Source: an uncultured Melioribacteraceae bacterium
GTDB lineage: Bacteria; Bacteroidota; Ignavibacteria; Ignavibacteriales; Melioribacteraceae
Direction: 5' to 3'
DNA: 53,838 nt
Assembly (NCBI GenBank): GCA_964554135.1
Contig: CAZKNM010000004.1
Location: 1 to 53,838, forward strand
Shown one piece after another: positions 1 through 8,883 of the stretch. Numbering within the stretch: position 1 is the first letter of the stretch; each line of letters opens with the position of its first letter. Under the pieces are notes generated by a model. The model was not told the DNA's origin. It did not search any database and was given only the letters and a program-made list of their open reading frames with translations. The position numbers and the translations under genes are program-made.

Positions 1-144
1 AACGTCAAAATAATTAGCACTTATTAATTCTTTCCCAGTTGTTTCTGTAAAAGTACCCAATTTTTTAGAAACAAACCCATCTTCCCCTTTTACAAAATGA
101 ACGAATATAGGATTGGCATTTTCTGAAGTAGTCCCATTTGTCAA
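1..144 (-). other. Unassigned open frame running off the left window edge (minus strand)
   Basis: The minus-strand frame has no stop from 180 down to 1. It reads ...LTNGTTSENANPIFVHFVKGEDGFVSKKLGTFTETTGKELISANYFDV. The only in-frame start candidates are TTG codons at 144-142 and 60-58. I do not recognise a family. It overlaps the start of the murD fragment. Confidence 0.25.
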
Positions 145-1033
145 GGAAGAAGAATATGTTTCACTCGAGGTATCGAGTTTTCAGCTTGATCACATAGAAA
201 CCTTCAAACCGAAATTTTCTTTGCTTCTGAATATTACACACGACCACTTAGATAGATATGAAAATAAATTTAATAGATATGTGCGTGCTAAGCTGAATAT
301 CGCACGTAATCAAGATGAAACGGATTATTTTATTTATTGGCAGGACGATACAAACATTCCTGCTGAAATTGGTAATAATAAGGTAAAAAAATATTCATTC
401 TCTTTATCCGATACCGTCGAGAACGGAGCCTTCTATAAAGACGGCAAAATGTGGTTCGTTGAAAACGGTAATGTAGAAGAAATATGTGCGGGAAGTGAAT
501 TGAGTATAAAAGGTGAACATAATATTGCCAATGCCCTTGCTGTTTTAACGGTTACAAAAATTTTGAATCTCCCTAATGAAAAGATAAGGAAGGCATTCAG
601 TAATTTCCCCGGAGTTGAACACCGTCTCGAACTTGTGCGGGAAATTGAAGGAGTACAATACATCAATGACTCGAAAGCAACAAACGTTGATTCGGTATGG
701 TATGCTCTTAGAAGTTTCGATAAACCGATTTACCTGATACTCGGCGGAAAAGATAAAGGCAACGATTACAATCGCATAAAAGATTTAGCAGTAAAACATG
801 TTAAAAAGATATATGCAATTGGTGTGTCTGCACAAAAGGTATTTGACTTCTTCAAGAATGTCGTCGAAACGGAAAAAGTGGAGTCGCTCGAAGAGTGTGT
901 GAATATTGCAAGACGGGAAGCTAAACCGAATACAATTGTATTGCTATCCCCGGCTTGTGCCAGTTTCGATATGTTCGATGATTTCGAACATCGCGGTAAA
1001 ATATTTAAAGAGGCAGTTAATAAAATAAACTGA
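113..1033 (+). CDS. murD: UDP-N-acetylmuramoyl-L-alanine--D-glutamate ligase MurD, 5-prime truncated (central and C-terminal domains only)
   Basis: By eye it aligns to MurD from the GNIG motif onward: TNIGLAF begins at 101, followed by LEVSSFQLD, NITHDHLDRY, GEHN, HRLE, INDSKATN and LLSPACASFDMFDDFEHRG. Its stop overlaps the ftsW start (TGATG). All three + frames contain stops within 1-100, so the N-terminal domain and the GxNGKT P-loop are not encoded upstream. Confidence 0.85.
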   Translation: MAFSEVVPFVKEEEYVSLEVSSFQLDHIETFKPKFSLLLNITHDHLDRYENKFNRYVRAKLNIARNQDETDYFIYWQDDTNIPAEIGNNKVKKYSFSLSDTVENGAFYKDGKMWFVENGNVEEICAGSELSIKGEHNIANALAVLTVTKILNLPNEKIRKAFSNFPGVEHRLELVREIEGVQYINDSKATNVDSVWYALRSFDKPIYLILGGKDKGNDYNRIKDLAVKHVKKIYAIGVSAQKVFDFFKNVVETEKVESLEECVNIARREAKPNTIVLLSPACASFDMFDDFEHRGKIFKEAVNKIN

Positions 1034-2142
1034 TGAAAATTTTGTTAAGAATATTGATCGTTTGTGTTATCGCGCTGATTCTTTTAGGTGCATTGCTTGT
1101 GCTAAGTGCAAGCGGCACCTATAGTGCAATTCGGTTTAATAATATTTATCACTTGTTCCAATCACACCTTTGGAAGGTAGTGGCGGCATTTGCGTTAATG
1201 ATAATTTTTTCCCTGATACCATACGATTATTATAAAAACTACAGCAAACCTCTTCTCTTCTGGATGGTGTGGATTTTACTGCTGACATATGTTGTTGCTC
1301 CGGAAGTTAAAGGAGCGGCAAGATGGTTGAATTTGGGCCTATTCAAATTTCAGCCCTCTGATTTAGCAAAAATTTTATTGATAATACATCTTGCCAATTT
1401 AATCGAGAGGAAAGGTGAAACTATAAAAAGTTTTAAGAGAGGATTGTTATATCCTTTAGTGTGGGTATTTCTTGTTGCCGGATTAGTGTTGATACAACCG
1501 AACATCAGTACTGCAATTATAATGGTGATAACATCTTTTATACTTCTTTATGTGGGAGGTGCCAAGTTTAAGCATATCAGTTTTATCTCGATTTTCGGTG
1601 CGGCAGCGTGTTTTGGAGCAATGATGTTGTTCTCACACTCCAGAGAAAGAATCTTTACTTATATCAATAATCTATCCAGTGGTGGAATTTTGAACATTCA
1701 GGTGAATCAGGCAAAGATAGCATTGGGAACTGGTGGATGGGCTGGTATCGGATTAGGACACAGCAGGCAGAGCGATCTTTTCCTTCCAGAATCCTACGGA
1801 GATTTTATTTTTTCAGTTCTTGGAGAAGAACTTGGATTTATTGGTGCTATCGCGGTTCTCTTTGCATTTCTTTTGATTTTTTTAATTGGACTTGTTATTG
1901 CGTTGAAGGCAAATGATAAATATGGACAACTTCTAGCATTCGGTATATCAATTAATATTATTGTCGGTGCTTTTATTAATGCTTCCGTTGTAATGGGCCT
2001 TGTTCCAACAACGGGAATAACTCTGCCGTTCATAAGTTTTGGCGGAACGTCAATAATTCTTTTTGCGATATCAATTGGAATTTTGTTGAATATAGCTTTT
2101 CAATATCAAAAACGTAGAGAAATAGGATACGCTCAAGCATGA
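1033..2142 (+). CDS. ftsW: SEDS-family peptidoglycan glycosyltransferase / cell division protein FtsW
   Basis: 369-aa polytopic membrane ORF. It carries the SEDS motifs GLGHSRQSDLFLPESYGDFIFSVLGEELGFIG and PTTGITLPFISFGGTS. It sits in the canonical slot between murD and murG. Confidence 0.9.
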   Translation: MKILLRILIVCVIALILLGALLVLSASGTYSAIRFNNIYHLFQSHLWKVVAAFALMIIFSLIPYDYYKNYSKPLLFWMVWILLLTYVVAPEVKGAARWLNLGLFKFQPSDLAKILLIIHLANLIERKGETIKSFKRGLLYPLVWVFLVAGLVLIQPNISTAIIMVITSFILLYVGGAKFKHISFISIFGAAACFGAMMLFSHSRERIFTYINNLSSGGILNIQVNQAKIALGTGGWAGIGLGHSRQSDLFLPESYGDFIFSVLGEELGFIGAIAVLFAFLLIFLIGLVIALKANDKYGQLLAFGISINIIVGAFINASVVMGLVPTTGITLPFISFGGTSIILFAISIGILLNIAFQYQKRREIGYAQA

Positions 2143-3242
2143 ATGGTACGAGTTCAATATATCGATTTGTTTTTGCTGCCGGAGGTACGGGAGGCCACAT
2201 ATATCCTGCAGTTGCTGTGGCACAGAAACTTAAAGAACTAAAGCCGGAATCGAAAATATTGTTTGTGGGTACGAAAAATAAACTTGAATCAAAAGTTATT
2301 CCCCAATTGGGATTTGATTTTAAATCTGTATGGATAAGCGGCTTTTCACGGAAGATGAACGTAAATAATCTTTTATTCCCGGTTAAACTTTTTGTATCAA
2401 CTATTCAGTCTTTGATTTTATGTATGAAATTCAAACCACGAGTTGCAATCGGAGCAGGAGCTTATGTTGCTGGTCCGGTTGTTTGGGGAGCGTCGGTTCT
2501 AGGTGCAAAAGTGATTTTACTCGAACAAAATAGTTATCCGGGTATAACCAACAGATTATTGGAGAAGAGAGCAAACCAAATACATTTGACGTTCGAGGAT
2601 TCCAAAAAATATTTTCGTTTGAAAGATAAATTGATGATAACAGGAAATCCTGTCCGGATCAACTTAAAACACATTGAGAAAAATGATGCATTGAAAAAGT
2701 TCGGTTTGAATACTTCCAAAAAAAACTTACTGATTTTAGGCGGTAGCGGAGGCGCTTTATCTATAAATAATGCAATTGCCGAAAATATTTCCAGGTTGAC
2801 GGATGCCGGAATACAATTAATCTGGCAGACCGGAGAAGTTTATTATGATATGTTTTGCAAGTATCAAAGTGAGGATGTTAAAATTTTCCCGTTCATTGAA
2901 GATATGTCTGCAGCATTTTCCGCGTGCGATTTGCTCCTGGCAAGAGCCGGCGCTACTACTATTGCAGAAGCATCGCAGCTTGGAATCCCTGTTGTGTTTA
3001 TTCCATCTACCAATGTTGCTGCTAATCATCAATATATGAATGCAAAGTCACTGCAGGAAGCCGATGCTTGCATATTGATTGAGGATAAGAATTTGCAAAC
3101 AGAATTAATGGAAAAAGTTCATTCAATTATTTATAGCGAAGAAAAATTGAGAGAATTGAAAGAGAATATTAAAAAACTTTCCAAACCCGATGCAGCAAAA
3201 GTTGTTGCTGAGAATGCAATAATGCTGGCAGAAAAGGAATAA
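2139..3242 (+). CDS. murG: UDP-GlcNAc:lipid I N-acetylglucosaminyltransferase MurG
   Basis: It has the N-terminal G-loop FAAGGTGGHIYPAVAVA and the C-terminal ARAGATTIAE. Its start overlaps the ftsW stop by ATGA. Confidence 0.92.
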   Translation: MNGTSSIYRFVFAAGGTGGHIYPAVAVAQKLKELKPESKILFVGTKNKLESKVIPQLGFDFKSVWISGFSRKMNVNNLLFPVKLFVSTIQSLILCMKFKPRVAIGAGAYVAGPVVWGASVLGAKVILLEQNSYPGITNRLLEKRANQIHLTFEDSKKYFRLKDKLMITGNPVRINLKHIEKNDALKKFGLNTSKKNLLILGGSGGALSINNAIAENISRLTDAGIQLIWQTGEVYYDMFCKYQSEDVKIFPFIEDMSAAFSACDLLLARAGATTIAEASQLGIPVVFIPSTNVAANHQYMNAKSLQEADACILIEDKNLQTELMEKVHSIIYSEEKLRELKENIKKLSKPDAAKVVAENAIMLAEKE

Positions 3243-3266
3243 GAAGAAATTTAGGAGTGTCCGGTT

Positions 3267-4640
3267 ATGATGATGAATACCATAAAAAAGGTTCACTTTG
3301 TAGGGATAGGAGGAATCGGTATGTCGGGTCTCGCAGAAATTTTACTTAGTCAGAATTTTGAAATTTCGGGCTCCGATATGGCTCTTTCGGAAATTACAGA
3401 AAGTCTTAGAGGAAAAGGTATAAAAATATACGATGGACATTCTGTCGAAAATCTAAAAGATGTTGATGTTCTTGTTTACTCCTCGGCTGTTAAGCTGGAT
3501 AATCCCGAAGTGAAAGCGGCGTTGGAAAGAAAAATTCCCGTGATAAAAAGATCTGAACTGCTTGCCGAATGTATGAGAATGCAGTATGGAATTGGCATTG
3601 CCGGTGTACATGGTAAGACAACCACTACTTCTATGGTCGGATTAGTTTTAACTGAAGGTGGTATTGACCCGACTATAATAGTCGGAGGCAAGTTAAGCGG
3701 ACTTGGAGGTACAAATGCCCGGTTAGGAAAAGGTGAATTTATAGTTGTGGAAGCCGATGAGTTCGACAGATCGTTTTTAAGATTATCACCAAGCATTGCT
3801 GCACTCACAACTTTGGAAACAGAACATCTTGACACATATAAAGACTTGGAAGATTTGAAAACAGCCTTCACGGAATTTGCCAATAAAGTTCCGTTCTTCG
3901 GATTTGTTGTTTTATGTCTCGATGAACCAGCATTGCAGGAGATCATCCCTGAAATAAATAAAAAAGTTTTTACATATGGCATAACTCCGCAAGCCGATGT
4001 CCGTGCAATTGACATTGTTCACGAGAAAAGAACAAGCACGTTCACTGTTGTTTACAAGGGAGAAAAGTTGGGTAAAATTAAATTAAGTATCCCTGGGCTT
4101 CATAACGTGAAAAATTCTCTAGTGGCAGTTTGCATTGGAAAAGAACTCGGAGTTGATTTTATTACGATTAAAAAATCACTCGAATCTTTTACCGGTGTCT
4201 ACCGCAGATTTGAAATTAAATATGATAAAGAAGTAATGGTCGTTGACGACTATGCTCATCATCCTACTGAAATTGATGTAACTCTATCCGGAATAAGAAA
4301 CGGCTGGAAGAGGAGATTGGTCGCAGTATTTCAACCGCACCTATTTAGCAGAACAAAAGATTTTTATGCAGAGTTCGGGCGCTCCTTTTTAAACTCGGAT
4401 GTCTTTATCTGCACCGATGTTTATCCTGCGAGAGAGAAATCGATTGGGGGGGTTAGCGGAAAGATGATTACAGATACGGCTAAGAGTATCGGTCATAAAA
4501 ATGTTTTTTATGAACCGGATAAAAATAAATTACCCGAATTGTTAAAGGGCATTTATAAAAAAGACGATATCATAATAATGATGGGTGCCGGTGATATCTG
4601 GAAGTATTGCGATAGGTTTGTCGACTTAATAAAAGGATAG
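3267..4640 (+). CDS. murC: UDP-N-acetylmuramate--L-alanine ligase MurC
   Basis: Motifs present are FVGIGGIGMSGLAEIL, the P-loop GVHGKTTTTSM and DDYAHHPTEI. Its 457-aa length is typical for the Mur ligase family. Confidence 0.93.
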   Translation: MMMNTIKKVHFVGIGGIGMSGLAEILLSQNFEISGSDMALSEITESLRGKGIKIYDGHSVENLKDVDVLVYSSAVKLDNPEVKAALERKIPVIKRSELLAECMRMQYGIGIAGVHGKTTTTSMVGLVLTEGGIDPTIIVGGKLSGLGGTNARLGKGEFIVVEADEFDRSFLRLSPSIAALTTLETEHLDTYKDLEDLKTAFTEFANKVPFFGFVVLCLDEPALQEIIPEINKKVFTYGITPQADVRAIDIVHEKRTSTFTVVYKGEKLGKIKLSIPGLHNVKNSLVAVCIGKELGVDFITIKKSLESFTGVYRRFEIKYDKEVMVVDDYAHHPTEIDVTLSGIRNGWKRRLVAVFQPHLFSRTKDFYAEFGRSFLNSDVFICTDVYPAREKSIGGVSGKMITDTAKSIGHKNVFYEPDKNKLPELLKGIYKKDDIIIMMGAGDIWKYCDRFVDLIKG

Positions 4641-4670
4641 TATTCAACTTTATAATCGAGTAATAATATT

Positions 4671-5090
4671 TTGAAAAAGGGTGCTAAAATATTAGGTATT
4701 ATGTTTTTGCTGACAATTATTCTATTGATTATATATCTATCTATAGATGTGAAATATGAGCAAGGATATAAAATTAGTGTGATTAAAATCAGTGGTAACT
4801 CTCATCTTTCGACGGACGTCTACTATAAATTTGCTAATCTTAATGATAGGATTGCATATAGTTCATTGAGTATTCAAATTATAAAAGATAGAATTGAAAA
4901 ACATCCTTATGTTAAAAGAGCAGATGTTAGATATGAAGGGGAAGGAAAAGTTGTTGTAAATATTTTCGAAAAAAATTTTCAATCTGTATTATTTACAGCC
5001 GATGAAAGATACCTAATTACCGAGGAAATGGAAGTCCTTCCTATACTTCCTTTCACCAAAAATCTTGATTATCCTATAATCCCAATTTGA
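4671..5090 (+). CDS. ftsQ: Cell division protein FtsQ, N-terminal part (TM helix plus POTRA domain); reading frame broken at 3-prime end
   Basis: It has a TTG start, one N-terminal TM helix, and a POTRA-like segment ISVIKISGNSHLSTDVYY...KHPYVKRADVRY...VNIFEKN. It ends DYPIIPI* at the point where FtsQ homologs continue. Confidence 0.75.
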   Translation: MKKGAKILGIMFLLTIILLIIYLSIDVKYEQGYKISVIKISGNSHLSTDVYYKFANLNDRIAYSSLSIQIIKDRIEKHPYVKRADVRYEGEGKVVVNIFEKNFQSVLFTADERYLITEEMEVLPILPFTKNLDYPIIPI

Positions 5091-5440
5091 GCGGAAAGAT
5101 TTCTTTGATGTCGAGTTTGAAAAGCAATAAAGAAATAGTTACAGCATTTAAAATAATTTCCACATTAGAGCTGACTAATCCGGAACTTTACGATAATTTA
5201 TCGGAGATTGACTTTCGAAACAGGGAGAGCATAGTTGTATTCTTTTCTCTTGTGGGATATCCAGTCTGGGTGGACCGAAATAATGAAGTAAAAAAAATGA
5301 TTTATTTCAACAGTCTCTGGAATTTATTAAGGGGGAAAGAAGTAAATAAATATTTGGACTATGTCGATCTGAGATTTGAAAACCATGTTTACTTGGGATT
5401 TTCAGCCGAACGATTAGAAGAAAAGGAAATCCGGTCATGA
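5087..5440 (+). CDS. ftsQ: Cell division protein FtsQ, C-terminal part (-1 frame relative to the N-terminal part)
   Basis: This frame is open from 5069. The product LSGKISL...FKIISTLELTNPELYDNLSEIDFRN...VDLRFENHVYLGF matches the FtsQ beta domain. The two parts total 256 aa, a normal FtsQ length. Its stop overlaps the ftsA start (ATGA). Confidence 0.75.
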   Translation: MSGKISLMSSLKSNKEIVTAFKIISTLELTNPELYDNLSEIDFRNRESIVVFFSLVGYPVWVDRNNEVKKMIYFNSLWNLLRGKEVNKYLDYVDLRFENHVYLGFSAERLEEKEIRS

Positions 5441-6681
5441 AAAGAAATATTAAAGCAGGTTTGGATTTAGGTACAACAAAAGTTTGCGCAGTTATTTCAG
5501 AGCATACCGACTCGGGAGTTAATATTTTGGGATTCGGAGTTGCACCATCTGAAGGTTTACATCGCGGTCTGGTTGCCAACATTGCAAAAACTGCCGAGGC
5601 AATTCGCGAAGCTATGAGTATTGCTTCCAACCGGGCGGGATTCAATGTAAAAGAATTAACGGTGGGTGTTGCAGGTGAACATATCACAAGCTTGCGGCAC
5701 CGTAATTATGTTACAATAAGCAGTCCCGAAAAGGAAATCGTCAAAGAAGATTTGGATAGGCTTCGTGCAGATGTAAAGACGATCAGGATTCCTTCAGATA
5801 AACAGATACTTCATATCATACCGGAGGAATATTTTGTCGATTATCAAGGGGGTATTGAAAATCCGATTGGAATTTACGGTTCGCGTTTAGAAGCAGTTAA
5901 TCATGTTGTGCTGGCATCTGTGCCTGCAATACAGAATATTAGAAAATCTGTTGAACGAGCCGGATTTACTGCGACTGAATTGGTACTTCAGCCGATTGCT
6001 TCAAGTGTTTCTGTTCTTGATGAGAATGAAAAAGATTTGGGTGTCGTTCTGATCGATATTGGGGGTGGAACAACAGACGTGGCAGTCTTTCACAACAAAA
6101 CCATCAAATATACAAAGGTAATAGGTGTTGCCGGCAATCAGGTTACTAATGATATAAGAGAAACACTGGGAATCGTTACAAGCGATGCCGAACAAATTAA
6201 AAAGCAATATGGCTATGCAACCGAGGATGCAGTCATCCGGAATGAGGATATCTACCTGAAAGGTGTTGGAGCCAGAGGAAATATAAAAATACCAATAACA
6301 TTATTGACACAGATTATTAGTATTAGGATGAGAGAGCTCTTTTCATTAGTAGATAATGAATTACGTCATGCTGGGTTTAAAAGTAAAATAAAAGCCGGTG
6401 TCGTGTTAACCGGCGGTGGTTCGTTGCTGCAAGGTTGTACGGAATTAGCAGAGGAAGTTTTCGGAATGCCGGCACGAATGGGCGTTCCCCTTGAACTCGG
6501 ATCAGGATTGTCAAAGGAAATCGGGAGTCCTGAGTTTGCTACGGTTGCCGGACTTATTAGAGGAATGCCCGGTTCATCGGAAGAACAAAATTTTATAAAA
6601 ATAAAGCAGAGGAAATTTCGCAGCCCGTTCAATTTAATTGCGATTATTAAACAGATACATGAATTCTTTGATAAATTATAA
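5437..6681 (+). CDS. ftsA: Cell division protein FtsA (actin-like ATPase)
   Basis: It has the phosphate-binding motifs GLDLGTTKVCAV and LIDIGGGTTDVAVF. A C-terminal amphipathic segment FNLIAIIKQIHEFFDKL is present. It sits between ftsQ and ftsZ. Confidence 0.93.
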   Translation: MKRNIKAGLDLGTTKVCAVISEHTDSGVNILGFGVAPSEGLHRGLVANIAKTAEAIREAMSIASNRAGFNVKELTVGVAGEHITSLRHRNYVTISSPEKEIVKEDLDRLRADVKTIRIPSDKQILHIIPEEYFVDYQGGIENPIGIYGSRLEAVNHVVLASVPAIQNIRKSVERAGFTATELVLQPIASSVSVLDENEKDLGVVLIDIGGGTTDVAVFHNKTIKYTKVIGVAGNQVTNDIRETLGIVTSDAEQIKKQYGYATEDAVIRNEDIYLKGVGARGNIKIPITLLTQIISIRMRELFSLVDNELRHAGFKSKIKAGVVLTGGGSLLQGCTELAEEVFGMPARMGVPLELGSGLSKEIGSPEFATVAGLIRGMPGSSEEQNFIKIKQRKFRSPFNLIAIIKQIHEFFDKL

Positions 6682-6704
6682 ACAACCACAACAAGGAGGT
6701 TAAA

Positions 6705-7964
6705 ATGACAAAATTCGTAACTCTTGACCGTGAACAACCATTATCGGCAAATCTCAAAGTTGTCGGAGTTGGCGGTGGAGGTTGCAATGCTATCGACAGC
6801 ATGATTAAGAGAGGTTTAATAGGTGTTGAGTACATTGCAATTAATACCGATTCACAGGTGCTTGAGAAAAGCGCTGCAACACATAAGATCCAAGTTGGAA
6901 AAAATATTACGCGCGGACTTGGTGCCGGTGCCGATCCAAATGTTGGACGAAAAGCTGTAGAGGAAGATCGGGAAAAAATTGCTGAGATTCTTAGCAACGC
7001 AGATATGGTTTTCGTTACAGCAGGTATGGGGGGAGGAACCGGTACGGGAGGTGCACCTATTGTTGCATCCATAGCAAAAAGTATGGGTGCATTGGTAATA
7101 GGAATAGTGACCAAACCTTTTAAGTGGGAAGGCAAAAAGAGAATGCTAAATGCCGAAGAAGGAATACATGAGCTGCGCCAGTTTGTGGATAGTTTAATTG
7201 TAATTCCTAACGAAAGAATACTCAGTATTTTGGACGGTTCGGTTTCGGCTCTGGCTGCTTTCGATAAACCAAACGAAGTGTTGTATGAAGCTACAAGAGG
7301 TATTGCAGATATAATAACTGTTCCGGGAATAATAAATGTGGACTTTGCCGATGTACGATCCGTAATGAACCAGAGTGGTGAAGCTTTAATGGGCTGTGGA
7401 ATTGCCAGCGGTGATAACCGTGCAATTGAAGCCGCACAGAAAGCAATTTCTTCACCTCTGCTTGAAGGTGTTAATATACGAGGGGCAAAAAATATTCTAT
7501 TGAACGTCACCGGTTCTACAAGTCTTACAATGCAGGAAGTTGAAGAAGGGAACAAAGTTATTTATGAAGCTGCCGGGGAAGAAGCAAATGTTATCTTCGG
7601 ATTAGTTAATAAAGAAGAAATGAACGAATATGTATCTTATACGGTAATAGCAACCGGATTTAGTGCAAAAGGTGCTATGGCAGATTATTCGAGCCAGGTG
7701 TCGAGGGAGAACAAAGAAAAAGTTCGAAAGATTTATTCCGGTGGATTCCCGATGAAGAAATTTGATTTTGAGAAAGAAGAGGATTTGGATATTCCTACAA
7801 TCTTCAGAGTAAAAGGTTCTAAGAGCGGTTTAAGGAATGATGAAAATGTTTCAAGCAGCGGAATATATGATCAAATTGATGCATTCGAAAATGATGAAGA
7901 CCTAAGTCGCAAGGAAAAGAAGGAAGAGGACAGTTCATCTTTCCTGAAAATGATGATGGATTAG
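6705..7964 (+). CDS. ftsZ: Cell division GTPase FtsZ
   Basis: It has GVGGGGCNAI and the tubulin signature GMGGGTGTGGAP. An AAGGAGG SD lies 6 nt upstream. A CTP-like motif DLDIPTIFR is present near the C-terminus. Confidence 0.97.
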   Translation: MTKFVTLDREQPLSANLKVVGVGGGGCNAIDSMIKRGLIGVEYIAINTDSQVLEKSAATHKIQVGKNITRGLGAGADPNVGRKAVEEDREKIAEILSNADMVFVTAGMGGGTGTGGAPIVASIAKSMGALVIGIVTKPFKWEGKKRMLNAEEGIHELRQFVDSLIVIPNERILSILDGSVSALAAFDKPNEVLYEATRGIADIITVPGIINVDFADVRSVMNQSGEALMGCGIASGDNRAIEAAQKAISSPLLEGVNIRGAKNILLNVTGSTSLTMQEVEEGNKVIYEAAGEEANVIFGLVNKEEMNEYVSYTVIATGFSAKGAMADYSSQVSRENKEKVRKIYSGGFPMKKFDFEKEEDLDIPTIFRVKGSKSGLRNDENVSSSGIYDQIDAFENDEDLSRKEKKEEDSSSFLKMMMD

Positions 7965-7996
7965 TAATAAATTCAAATATTCTGGCAAATACCGGA

Positions 7997-8057
7997 AAGC
8001 CGAATTGATTACCCCTTGTTGTGGTAACATAGGTTAATTATCAATTCGGCTTCTTTT
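7997..8057 (+). terminator. Putative intrinsic terminator after ftsZ
   Basis: A 13-bp perfect inverted repeat, AAGCCGAATTGAT (7997-8009) / ATCAATTCGGCTT (8040-8052), is followed by CTTTTATT. The 30-nt loop is unusually large for a terminator. Confidence 0.45.
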
Positions 8058-8145
8058 ATTCTTACTAATCGATAGGTATTTTTATTTTTGAATGAATTAA
8101 GAAATATTTATTTTGAAAAAACTAAAATCGGATTTAATATAAAAT

Positions 8146-8874
8146 ATGCAAAAAACTCGTTATATCATTATCATGTTGCTTTTCGCCACTAGTCTTTCTG
8201 CTCAAACTATGGATGAGGTCGGATTAATTTCAAAGTTCGGACTTGCCGGCGGATTTACTCCAATTTGGTTTTCACCTGGTGTTAATGCAATAAATGAAGA
8301 ACTTATTGCCTTAGGAATTCCAGCTTTTTCGGAAAGTGGCATCATTACTTACGGCGGTGGGGGATATGCATATATAATGTTTTTCGACAACGTACGCATC
8401 GGTGGAATTGGATTCAGCGGCTCCTCCTCCCGTGAAGCTTTTGTGAACGGGAAAAACCGAGAAGCGAGATATTCGATCGGCGGCGGCGCATTGAGTATTG
8501 AATATACTTTCCCTTTTATTAAAAATATTGCTGTTTCAATAGGTGTTTTGGTAGGAAGAGGGGCGTTTGAAATCGATATTTATCAGAACAGCGATTCCGT
8601 TTCGTGGGATGATGTATGGACTGAATTTTCAGGTCCAACAGAAAATATTAGTAGGAAAATTTCGAACAATTATTTTATATTTGCTCCGACGGTTAATGTT
8701 GATATTCCACTTAATAGATTTATCGCTTTGAGATTGGGAACTGGTTACCAGTTCACTTTTGCCAACAAATGGGAGGTAGATAACGAACAAACTTTACAAA
8801 ATGTTCCTGCCGGCTTGAATGGTGATTCATTTTTTATTCAGACTGGTTTGTTTATTGGTTTCTTTGCATTTTGA
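8146..8874 (+). CDS. Outer-membrane beta-barrel protein (function unknown)
   Basis: It has a signal peptide MQKTRYIIIMLLFATSLSAQ. The body shows alternating hydrophobic, Gly- and aromatic-rich strands. The C-terminus FIGFFAF ends in the Phe typical of OM barrels. Confidence 0.6.
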   Translation: MQKTRYIIIMLLFATSLSAQTMDEVGLISKFGLAGGFTPIWFSPGVNAINEELIALGIPAFSESGIITYGGGGYAYIMFFDNVRIGGIGFSGSSSREAFVNGKNREARYSIGGGALSIEYTFPFIKNIAVSIGVLVGRGAFEIDIYQNSDSVSWDDVWTEFSGPTENISRKISNNYFIFAPTVNVDIPLNRFIALRLGTGYQFTFANKWEVDNEQTLQNVPAGLNGDSFFIQTGLFIGFFAF

Positions 8875-8883
8875 GGTGTAGTT

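Noticed and set aside
2739-2746. GGCGGTAG (ops/JUMPstart-like RfaH recruitment motif); a second copy lies at 42784-42791
   Set aside because: Both copies lie inside coding sequence, in Gly-Gly-Ser codons of murG and of the receptor. They are not in a leader of the polysaccharide locus. ops/RfaH usage is an enterobacterial feature with no support here.
3476-4015. 179-aa minus-strand ORF antisense to murC
   Set aside because: It is embedded in a strongly supported Mur ligase gene. It has no recognisable motifs and is a typical shadow ORF.
6647-7555. 302-aa minus-strand ORF antisense to ftsZ
   Set aside because: It lies entirely within the highly confident ftsZ CDS. Its product is low-complexity and Pro/Ser/Ala/Ile-rich, as expected from the reverse complement of Gly/Ala/Ile-rich codons. 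It has no SD or independent context.
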